NCBI GenBank assembly: GCA_038064355.1
Contig: JBBTTG010000027.1
Location: forward strand, 21,746 to 63,897
Origin: Patescibacteria group bacterium
GTDB lineage: Bacteria > Patescibacteriota > Patescibacteriia > GWA2-47-26
Direction: 5' to 3'
DNA length: 42,152 bases
The notes below the pieces were generated by a model that saw only the letters and a program-made list of their open reading frames with translations, had not been told where the DNA came from and ran no database searches. Shown in pieces: positions 35,527 to 42,137 of the stretch. Each line of letters starts with the position of its first letter. Within the stretch, counting starts at the first letter, position 1. Made by a program: the position numbers and the translations under genes.

Positions 35527-36324
35527 ATGATTGTCTTTGCCGCTATTACGCCGCATTCCCCATTGCTCTTGCCTACCGTCGGGAAGAAACAGCAAACGAA
35601 GCTCAAAAAAACCCTTGCCGCCATGAAGCGGATGGCCGAAGATCTCTACGCGGCCAAGCCGGATATTCTCCTCGTGCTCTCCCCTCATGGGCAGACTTTA
35701 CCCGAGTCTTTTTCGATTCACGTGGCCGAGCGCTACGAGACGAGCTTCCAAGAATTTGGAGATTTCACAACGAAGAAGGTTTTTAAGTCTGATCCCATGC
35801 TTATCGAGCGTCTCCGCCGCCATCTTCGTTCTACCGACACGGTCGGCCATCCCTTGACGCTGTTGACTCAAGATCATTTGGATTATGGAACAGCCGTACC
35901 CCTGTGCTTGCTTGCGGAACATTTATTGTCGGTGTCCGTAGTGCCGATGTTTGATTCGGGCCTTGCGCTTACGGCGCACTTCGCTTTCGGAAAATCCCTT
36001 CACGAGGAACTCGTGCGGAGCAAAAAACGGATCGCGGTGATCGCCTCGGCTGATCTCTCCCATCGTTTGACCGATAAGGCACCCGGCGGATATTCCCCGG
36101 ACGGCAAAAAGTTTGATGAAGGTGTCGTGCATGCCATGAAGAATCAAGACTACGACTCTCTCTTTGGACTTGAGCCCTCTGGCGCTGAAGCCAAGGCCTG
36201 CGGTTTGCGTACAATCATGATATTGCTCGGGGTGCTTGACGGGGTGAATTGCTCGCCAGAGATATTATCCTATGAAGGCCCTTTTGGAGTGGGATACATG
36301 TCGGTAAGGTATAAGTTTGTTTGA
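35527..36324 (+). CDS. Class III extradiol dioxygenase-fold (LigB/Memo superfamily) protein
   Basis: Family-like motifs are MIVFAAITPHSPLLLP, LLVLSPHG, LDYGTAVPL and ASADLSHRL. The start is moved to 35527 on promoter evidence; the track start is 35506. Confidence 0.6.
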   Translation: MIVFAAITPHSPLLLPTVGKKQQTKLKKTLAAMKRMAEDLYAAKPDILLVLSPHGQTLPESFSIHVAERYETSFQEFGDFTTKKVFKSDPMLIERLRRHLRSTDTVGHPLTLLTQDHLDYGTAVPLCLLAEHLLSVSVVPMFDSGLALTAHFAFGKSLHEELVRSKKRIAVIASADLSHRLTDKAPGGYSPDGKKFDEGVVHAMKNQDYDSLFGLEPSGAEAKACGLRTIMILLGVLDGVNCSPEILSYEGPFGVGYMSVRYKFV

Positions 36325-36333
36325 GCCTCTTTT

Positions 36334-38184
36334 ATGTACGCGGAGGTGGCACCCTGTCTGCGCTTGCCCTACACGTTCGGTATTTTTGACTACTCCATCC
36401 CCGAGGCGCTTGCCTCGGGGATTTCGCATGGGCAGATTGTTGAAGTGACTTTTCGCGGCCGCCGCATCCCCGGTGTCGTTATGCGTCTCAAGGAGACAAC
36501 CGAACTCAAGCGGCTACCGCTTCCCATTAAGCGAGTTTTGAGTCCCGGCGCGGCGTTGACTCCGGAGCAACTGACTCTTGCTGAATATATTTCAACGGAG
36601 TATTGCGCGGCACTTGGGACCACCATGAATTCTTTTCTTCCCCATACCACTGTTGGGGAGCTCAAAACACTGCCCGAGGTGGCCGTAAAAAAAGCGGTGG
36701 CGTCCGCACCGCAATCACTTGTGCTCCGTGGAATGCCCGAAATGGTACTGCAATATCTTGAGAAAGATATCCGGGATATGATTCAGAATGGCCGACAGGT
36801 TCTTCTCCTTTTGCCGGAGTTGTGGCAGGATGGTATGTGGAAAGATTTACTCCGGTTGTCGGATTCCCCGGTGCGCATTTTTTCCACGCAAAAACCTGCT
36901 GATTTTTTTGCCTCTTGGCGAGCGATCGCTTCGGGGAAGGCAACGATGATTCTCGGTACCAGGAGCGCCATCCTCTCCCCTTTCCGGGATCTTAGCATGA
37001 TTATCGTCGCCGACGAGGGAAATGAAAATCATAAACAAATTGAGCCTTCGCCTCGTTATCACGCGCGCGACCTTGCCTTTAAGGTGGCCGGACTCACCGG
37101 AGCGCGAGTGATCTGCACGAGTATTGCTCCTTGTCCAGAAACCATGCAGCGTACGCGTTTGGGACAGGCGGAGTACCATGATCTTTTTCCCGCGGGGCCT
37201 TTGAACGCGCGCCTTACCATTATTGATCGGGAATCCGAGCGCCGGAGAGCCAATGAATGGCGGCCTATCTCGGAGGCGGTGATTGATTCCATCGCCGATC
37301 GAGCCAAAACCGGAAAAGTGTTCGTTTTTTTAAATAAACTCGGCTTTGCGAAATCGCTCTCTTGCCGCGATTGCCGCTATCTTTTTGTCTGTCCACAGTG
37401 CGCCTCGGTACTCACCTATCACAAGGATCCTGTTTCACTGTTTTGTTATCATTGCCAGGAATCCTCGCCCTATCCGCTGGCGTGTCCGAAGTGCTCCGGC
37501 GCCAGGCTTGGTTTTGGAGCCGCGGGGGTGGAGCGACTCGAAGAAGAAATCTCGCGACTCCTGCCAAACCTTTCTCTTGTGCGTATTGATTCATTGACCG
37601 ATTCCTCGTCGCCTGAAGCGCGAGAAAAGATACAACAATCCCGGGTCATCCTTGGAACTAAGCGGGCGCTTTCCAGCCTGCCGTGGGAGGAGGTACGCGC
37701 CGTGGTCGTCCTTGGTATCGACAATGCCCTGCGAATTCCGGAATTTCGCGCGCATGAACGTTCGCTCGCTTTATTGACGCTTTTCTCCGCGGGTGAGCGT
37801 GAGCTTATCATCGAAACGTCTTTGCCTGACCATTCCGTATTCCGCGCACTTTGTGGATCCTTTGAAGACTGGCTGAATCATGAGCTTGAGGAGCGGAAAG
37901 CATGGAATTATCCGCCGTACGTTCGGCTGATGAAGATTATTGTGCAGGATCGCGTTCGCGTGAAAGCTTTCAAAGACGCGGAATCGCTTGTCGCGAAGTT
38001 TAAAAATCACGGAGGGGTTTCTGTCTCCACCCCCATGCCGCAATCTCCGGAATATCAGTGGGGCATCTATCGTTTCGGCGTGCTCCTGCGGCTCCCGCCT
38101 GGGACGTCGCCGCGTTCCCTTCCTTTTTCACGGCTTGTGCCGGATGAATGGCTCATCGATATTGACCCGGAGAGTATTGCATAG
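36334..38184 (+). CDS. priA: PriA-like primosomal protein N' with degenerate ATPase/helicase motifs
   Basis: The PriA N-terminal 3'-DNA-binding-type start is YAEVAPCLRLPYTFGIFDYSIPE...GQIVEVTFRGRRIPGVV. The Cys-rich zinc region is CRDCRYLFVCPQCASVLTYHKDPVSLFCYHCQ...CPKCSG. The C-terminus is WNYPPYVRL. Where PriA has GxTGSGKT the sequence reads RGMPEMV. DEEH is replaced by DEGN, and QVAGRAGR is replaced by LFSAGERE. Confidence 0.8.
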   Translation: MYAEVAPCLRLPYTFGIFDYSIPEALASGISHGQIVEVTFRGRRIPGVVMRLKETTELKRLPLPIKRVLSPGAALTPEQLTLAEYISTEYCAALGTTMNSFLPHTTVGELKTLPEVAVKKAVASAPQSLVLRGMPEMVLQYLEKDIRDMIQNGRQVLLLLPELWQDGMWKDLLRLSDSPVRIFSTQKPADFFASWRAIASGKATMILGTRSAILSPFRDLSMIIVADEGNENHKQIEPSPRYHARDLAFKVAGLTGARVICTSIAPCPETMQRTRLGQAEYHDLFPAGPLNARLTIIDRESERRRANEWRPISEAVIDSIADRAKTGKVFVFLNKLGFAKSLSCRDCRYLFVCPQCASVLTYHKDPVSLFCYHCQESSPYPLACPKCSGARLGFGAAGVERLEEEISRLLPNLSLVRIDSLTDSSSPEAREKIQQSRVILGTKRALSSLPWEEVRAVVVLGIDNALRIPEFRAHERSLALLTLFSAGERELIIETSLPDHSVFRALCGSFEDWLNHELEERKAWNYPPYVRLMKIIVQDRVRVKAFKDAESLVAKFKNHGGVSVSTPMPQSPEYQWGIYRFGVLLRLPPGTSPRSLPFSRLVPDEWLIDIDPESIA

Positions 38185-38199
38185 TAGATTGTTGATATA

Positions 38200-38670
38200 T
38201 TGAATATGGCAAAAATTCTTCCTATTCTCAAAGAGCCGAATGAGGTTCTTCGCGCGCGTGCCGCCGAAGTGAATCTCACTGAATGGAAACGCGAAGATCT
38301 TGAGGCCTTGGCCGCCGATATGATATTGACTATGCAAAAAGCCCCGGGGGTTGGGCTTGCGGCGCCGCAGATCGGGCAGTCTATCCGTCTCATTATTATT
38401 GAGCGCGAAGGCGAGCCATTGGCGCTCATGAATCCCGTCATTATCAAACGACCATGGCGTAAGGCGAGTATGGATGAAGGGTGCCTTTCGGTGCCCGGGA
38501 AATTCGGCATTATCAAACGTTCTCCGTGGGTAGTCGTGCGCGCGCAGCATCTCGATGGATCCCCTTTTGAGATAAAGGCAGAAGGAATGCTCGCTGAAAT
38601 TTTTCAGCATGAAATAGATCACCTCGATGGGATATTATATATCGACAAGGCGGAGAAATTTTTAAATTGA
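38200..38670 (+). CDS. def: Peptide deformylase
   Basis: All three signature motifs are present: GVGLAAPQIG, EGCLSVPG and QHEIDHLDG. Confidence 0.95.
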   Translation: MNMAKILPILKEPNEVLRARAAEVNLTEWKREDLEALAADMILTMQKAPGVGLAAPQIGQSIRLIIIEREGEPLALMNPVIIKRPWRKASMDEGCLSVPGKFGIIKRSPWVVVRAQHLDGSPFEIKAEGMLAEIFQHEIDHLDGILYIDKAEKFLN

Positions 38671-38707
38671 GATTGTAGAAAAAGCGCGAAAAAGATATAT
38701 CTTGAAT

Positions 38708-38795
38708 AAATCCCTCTCTGACTCTCCCTTTGCCAAAGGGAGAGAACCGCTCGACTTCCCCCTTTGAAAAAGGGGGAATGAGGGGGATTTTCCTT
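38708..38795 (+). repeat. REP/MITE-like intergenic hairpin repeat, copy D
   Basis: The sequence is aaatccctctctgactctccctttgccaaagggagagaaccgctcgacttccccctttgaaaaagggggaatgagggggatttt. It has only 4 substitutions relative to copy A (5041-5123). It is inserted between def and fmt. Confidence 0.7.
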
Positions 38796-38809
38796 AATCC
38801 ATAATCCCT

Positions 38810-39757
38810 ATGCCCCCAATAGTTTTCTTTGGCACTTCCGAATTCGCTATACCCGCGTTTGAAACGCTCGTGAAGGCAGGTTATAAGATTTCATCAGTCA
38901 TAACTCAACCCGATAAACCCGCCGAGCGCGGGCTTGCGTTACGTTCGTCGCCGGTGAAGGTGAAAGCCTTGGAATTAGGATTGCGAGTGTTTGAGCCGCC
39001 AACGCTGAAACAGCTCGAGGCTGAATCCCTTTTGCGTGAGTGTGGCGCGGAGGTCGCCATTGTCGCGGCCTATGGCAAGATTATCCCGCAAAATATCCTT
39101 GATATTTTCCCGCGGGGAGTTTTAAATATTCATCCGTCGCTCCTACCGAAATATCGCGGCCCCTCCCCTATCCAGTCAGCCATTTTGAATGGCGACGAGG
39201 AAACCGGTATCACGATCATGCTTCTTGATGCCGAGATGGATCACGGAAGCATACTGATGCAAAAGGGATTAAGGATTAAGGATTATGAGTTAAGAAGTGG
39301 ACTCGAGGAGCGTCTCTCGGAGCTGGGTGCGAATTTGCTCATTGAGGTGTTGCCACAGTGGATGGAGGGAAAAATAAAACCGCGGGAGCAAGATCATGCG
39401 GCGGCTACGGTGTGTAAGATGGTGGAAAAGGAAGACGGAAAAATTGATTGGAATAAATCGGCTGTCGCCATTGAACGCATGGTGCGCGCCTACGAAGGCT
39501 GGCCGGGAACATGGGCGCTGTGGGATGGAAAACGGCTGAAAATTTTGAAAGCCCTCGTGCTTCATGAGTCTATCGGATGCGCGAATAATTCTACGCCGGG
39601 ATTTGTCTGGAAAACGGAACAAGGCGAGCTTGCCGTCAATTGCCTGCCTGGAAGTCTCGTGCTTGAGCAGGTGCAAATGGAAGGCAAAAAACCCGCAACC
39701 GGCGAGGAATTCCTGCGCGGCCACTTGCGCATCCTTGGCGTCGTGCTCGGACAGTAA
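38810..39757 (+). CDS. fmt: Methionyl-tRNA formyltransferase
   Basis: Family motifs are IVFFGTSEFAIPAFETL, VITQPDKP, NIHPSLLPKYRGPSPIQSAILNGDEETGITIM and a C-terminal Formyl_trans_C-like domain. It lies downstream of def. Confidence 0.93.
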   Translation: MPPIVFFGTSEFAIPAFETLVKAGYKISSVITQPDKPAERGLALRSSPVKVKALELGLRVFEPPTLKQLEAESLLRECGAEVAIVAAYGKIIPQNILDIFPRGVLNIHPSLLPKYRGPSPIQSAILNGDEETGITIMLLDAEMDHGSILMQKGLRIKDYELRSGLEERLSELGANLLIEVLPQWMEGKIKPREQDHAAATVCKMVEKEDGKIDWNKSAVAIERMVRAYEGWPGTWALWDGKRLKILKALVLHESIGCANNSTPGFVWKTEQGELAVNCLPGSLVLEQVQMEGKKPATGEEFLRGHLRILGVVLGQ

Positions 39758-39803
39758 ATTATTGGAAGAAAAATAAGCAAACTCAAAGGAAGAAGGAGGG
39801 AGT

Positions 39804-39845
39804 AATCCGCGCAGATTTTGACGATCGTCAAAATCTGCGCGGATT
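39804..39845. terminator. Perfect 42-nt palindrome (21-bp arms), probable bidirectional terminator between fmt and the convergent regulator gene
   Basis: The sequence is aatccgcgcagattttgacga|tcgtcaaaatctgcgcggatt, followed by tgttt on the plus strand. It ends 4 nt before the minus-strand stop codon at 39850-39852. It is related to the palindrome at 40570-40617. Confidence 0.6.
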
Positions 39846-39849
39846 TGTT

Positions 39850-40449
39850 TCATGCTCCATCATGGTAAACACTAAAATACTTTCTCATATCCGCATCGTT
39901 GGCCATGCCGTCACTTTGAGCAAACCGAATATACGACCAGAGACCGGATTCCTTGAGATAAGAAACCGCATCTTGCGGGATTTCGTGAGGAAAAATATAT
40001 ACACTTTTCTGCATCTGACAGAATCCGATAGATTTCAGCACATCACGAATCGCATTACGCTCCTTTCTGCCTTGTTCCGGTATATCAAACATCACGAGGC
40101 GCCATTTTCCATCCCAGTTATTTTTCGCTGATTGAGCGGTGTTTTTAAGATTTTTGTAAAGAATTCCGAGTCTCCCCTGTTGAGTGAGTTTGAGAAATTT
40201 TTTTCCATTTTTCTCCGCTTCCTGTATCCACCCTCTGTCGCGCATGCGCTTGATCTCCTGTCGGACACGGTGTGCGGAAACGTCCTTCGGAAAACCTTCT
40301 ATTCTCCGGTGGCGCTGATAATGCGTCTCAAATGGTTCAGACACGAGATATCCGACATCAATCAATAGATTAGCTAAGTGCCGGGCAATATTGATACCCA
40401 CCCGTTTTAGCGCCTTCCGTCTGCCTGAATGCCTTTTCCGTTGTGTCAT
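39850..40449 (-). CDS. PaaX-like regulator: winged-helix N-terminus plus a Cas2/VapD-like ferredoxin-fold C-terminal domain
   Basis: WDGKWRLVMFDIPEQGRKERNAIRDVLKSIGFCQMQKSVYIFP matches the PaaX-family/Cas2-like pattern (W-x-G-x-W-x-L-V-x-[FY]-D-I-P-E...R...L...GF...Q-x-S-V). The preceding region RVRQEIKRMRDRGWIQE...KFLKLTQQG looks like a wHTH. The N-terminus is basic. Confidence 0.65.
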   Translation of the reverse strand: MTQRKRHSGRRKALKRVGINIARHLANLLIDVGYLVSEPFETHYQRHRRIEGFPKDVSAHRVRQEIKRMRDRGWIQEAEKNGKKFLKLTQQGRLGILYKNLKNTAQSAKNNWDGKWRLVMFDIPEQGRKERNAIRDVLKSIGFCQMQKSVYIFPHEIPQDAVSYLKESGLWSYIRFAQSDGMANDADMRKYFSVYHDGA

Positions 40450-40569
40450 AGTATTAATGTCTACGAGTGCAATAGCGCGAGTTCATCGGTCGCGCACCTT
40501 GCGATTCCACTATAGTAAGCCATTCACTTGACATAGGTATCCTTCTTTGTTCCCAATATAACAGATAAG

Positions 40570-40617
40570 AAAAATCCGCGCAAATTCCGACGATCGTCGG
40601 AATTTGCGCGGATTTTT
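40570..40617. repeat. Perfect 48-nt palindrome, paralogue of 39804-39845
   Basis: The sequence is aaaaatccgcgcaaattccgacga|tcgtcggaatttgcgcggattttt. It differs from the first palindrome at 3 positions per arm, and every change is mirrored in the other arm. It lies 120 nt upstream of the regulator ATG (40449). It also lies downstream of the lipoprotein gene's own terminator. Confidence 0.65.
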
Positions 40618-40625
40618 AGCTTTTG

Positions 40626-40651
40626 GGCTGTATGTTTTGGCTGTATGTTTT
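40626..40651. repeat. Perfect 13-bp tandem duplication
   Basis: ggctgtatgtttt occurs twice head-to-tail (40626-40638 and 40639-40651). Confidence 0.8.
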
Positions 40652-40670
40652 TTGCGCAGTGTGGGGAAAT

Positions 40671-40715
40671 AAAAAACGGGCGAGGGAGACGTTTGGTTGT
40701 CTCGCACTCGCCCGT
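40671..40715 (-). terminator. Rho-independent terminator of the minus-strand lipoprotein gene
   Basis: The outer stem is acgggcgag (40676-40684) / ctcgcccgt (40707-40715). The inner stem is gagac/gtctc. On the minus-strand RNA the hairpin is followed by uuuuuuauuu (plus-strand aaataaaaaa). It lies 37 nt after the stop at 40752. Confidence 0.65.
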
Positions 40716-40751
40716 GAATACTCCCCAGGCGCAAATGTTCGCGCGTGAGAA

Positions 40752-41837
40752 TTATTCCATCTTGAATGTTGTCGTTATTGGTTCGCAACTCTCAATGAAT
40801 GTCGTTTCCAAGAGTTGGCCTTCCATAAAGAGCTCGATATTCGTGAACTCGAGCGTGATGGTTTTCACCCCGAGTTGGATAATCTCGCCGGGGGAGAGGA
40901 TCTTCCACTCGACCCATGAACCAATCTCGTCGTGAACGTGCATTCCGACCATAAGGTCGACGGTGAATAAGAACGCTCGAAAGTCAACTTCCGCATCCCA
41001 TGGCGGCATCAGTATGTCCCTGTCGATAACAAAATTGCCGCTTTTATCAACAGGCCCCGATACCGCATAGTTAGCTGGCGTGCTACTTCCAGTGTCTCCA
41101 GCGTGATAGTGCCCCATTCCCGAGAAATCCATTGTGATATTGTCGAGCTTCATTTTTGCCCCCTGTAGGTTTTTCAGCTCCACTCGCCCACGTATCCGCA
41201 GAGTCGAATGAGGTATCTCCGCCCCGATGATTACTTGCCCGTTGACTTGGAAAATGTGGTCAGTGGGTGTTTCTTGATTCACCGTGCAGGTGTAACCGCC
41301 CTCAAACATGATAGTGATTTCCTTGTCGGACAATGGAGGGTTTGTCGCTTGGTTCAGGAACTTTGATTGGCGGGTACATATGGCATCGCACATCTCCGGC
41401 TCCCACGCGACGCACTCCCCGTCCTTCTCCATTGTCCCCTCGCCGCAGTTGGCAACCGGCACTTCCACGGGAACTTCCACCTCTTTGATAACCTCCGTCG
41501 ATTCTTGCTCGTCCGCGACGCAGGTGTCGCTCTCGTCTTCGAGATGCGTTCCCTTGCCGCAAACGACGTCGTCTTCCTCGATTCCCTCCTGGGAAGTCGT
41601 GGTTCCCGTCGTCCCGATGCCGGTCATCTCGGTCTTTTTTTCAACCGTGATCGTGCCGTCCGGGCCGGATGCAATCGTCGCGCGATCCGTGGTGGCAGTT
41701 TTGAGTGCCACGCACTCCGCGCCTTTTTGCATCGTGCCGCGACCGCATTTGACGACGCGCTCAAAGTCGCCACAGGCCGTCATCACCATCACCATCGCCG
41801 CGCACAGCACGGTGCCGAACAGTTGTGTCGTTCTCAT
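40752..41837 (-). CDS. Lipoprotein with three C-G-x-G-T...C-V-A repeats and a beta-rich C-terminal domain (unknown function)
   Basis: The start is set at ATG 41837, preceded by GGAGAGGAG 6 nt upstream. The track start is 41858. The signal peptide plus lipobox is MRTTQLFGTVLCAAMVMVMTAC. The repeats are KCGRGTMQKGAECVA, VCGKGTHLEDESDTCVA and NCGEGTMEKDGECVA. Confidence 0.7.
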   Translation of the reverse strand: MRTTQLFGTVLCAAMVMVMTACGDFERVVKCGRGTMQKGAECVALKTATTDRATIASGPDGTITVEKKTEMTGIGTTGTTTSQEGIEEDDVVCGKGTHLEDESDTCVADEQESTEVIKEVEVPVEVPVANCGEGTMEKDGECVAWEPEMCDAICTRQSKFLNQATNPPLSDKEITIMFEGGYTCTVNQETPTDHIFQVNGQVIIGAEIPHSTLRIRGRVELKNLQGAKMKLDNITMDFSGMGHYHAGDTGSSTPANYAVSGPVDKSGNFVIDRDILMPPWDAEVDFRAFLFTVDLMVGMHVHDEIGSWVEWKILSPGEIIQLGVKTITLEFTNIELFMEGQLLETTFIESCEPITTTFKME

Positions 41838-41960
41838 CGTCTTCTCCTCTCCCGCCAAAGCGGGATCAAAACCGTCGTTTTCCGTCCGTATCTTTCAACC
41901 CCCATGGCAGAATTGCCACGGGAGCTGTTGTTTTTGAGTCACAAGGACAGCTTTCTTTGC

Positions 41961-42039
41961 ACGCTTTTTATGGAAAAAGCGTTATTCTTGGGCTTAATAC
42001 AGGATTGAGAGACCTTTAAGCACAACAATAACGCTTTTT
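41961..42039 (-). promoter_or_regulatory. Mutually exclusive pairing segments in the long 5' leader of the lipoprotein gene
   Basis: aaaaagcgttatt (41974-41986) can pair with aataacgcttttt (42027-42039; 13 bp, 40-nt loop). It can alternatively pair with acgcttttt (41961-41969; 9 bp, 4-nt loop). Confidence 0.3.
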
Positions 42040-42108
42040 GACTACCATTCTTGACTCGGGTAGCGCGAGCTCTCTCCTTGAATTTATAAAGTTCATTCTA
42101 ACGTTTTT

Positions 42109-42137
42109 ACTATAGCATGGATTCACGATTTTGTCAA
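42109..42137 (-). promoter_or_regulatory. Strong sigma70-like promoter on the minus strand
   Basis: On the minus strand the sequence reads TTGACA (42137-42132), a 17-nt spacer, then TATAGT (42114-42109). This is the best consensus match in the window. It lies about 265 nt upstream of the lipoprotein ATG. Confidence 0.5.

Noticed and set aside
40537-40570. Plus-strand TTGACA at 40537 as a promoter for an antisense or small RNA.
   Set aside because: No TAnnnT hexamer lies at 16-18 nt spacing (TCCCAA at 17 nt), and nothing recognisable lies downstream on the plus strand except the palindrome.
39804-40617. Possible CRISPR array, suggested by repeated ~42-48-nt palindromic sequences near a Cas2-fold gene.
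   Set aside because: There are only two copies, about 770 bp apart, with a complete protein gene between them. Each copy is a perfect full-length palindrome, unlike CRISPR repeats. No regularly spaced repeat-spacer pattern occurs anywhere in the window.
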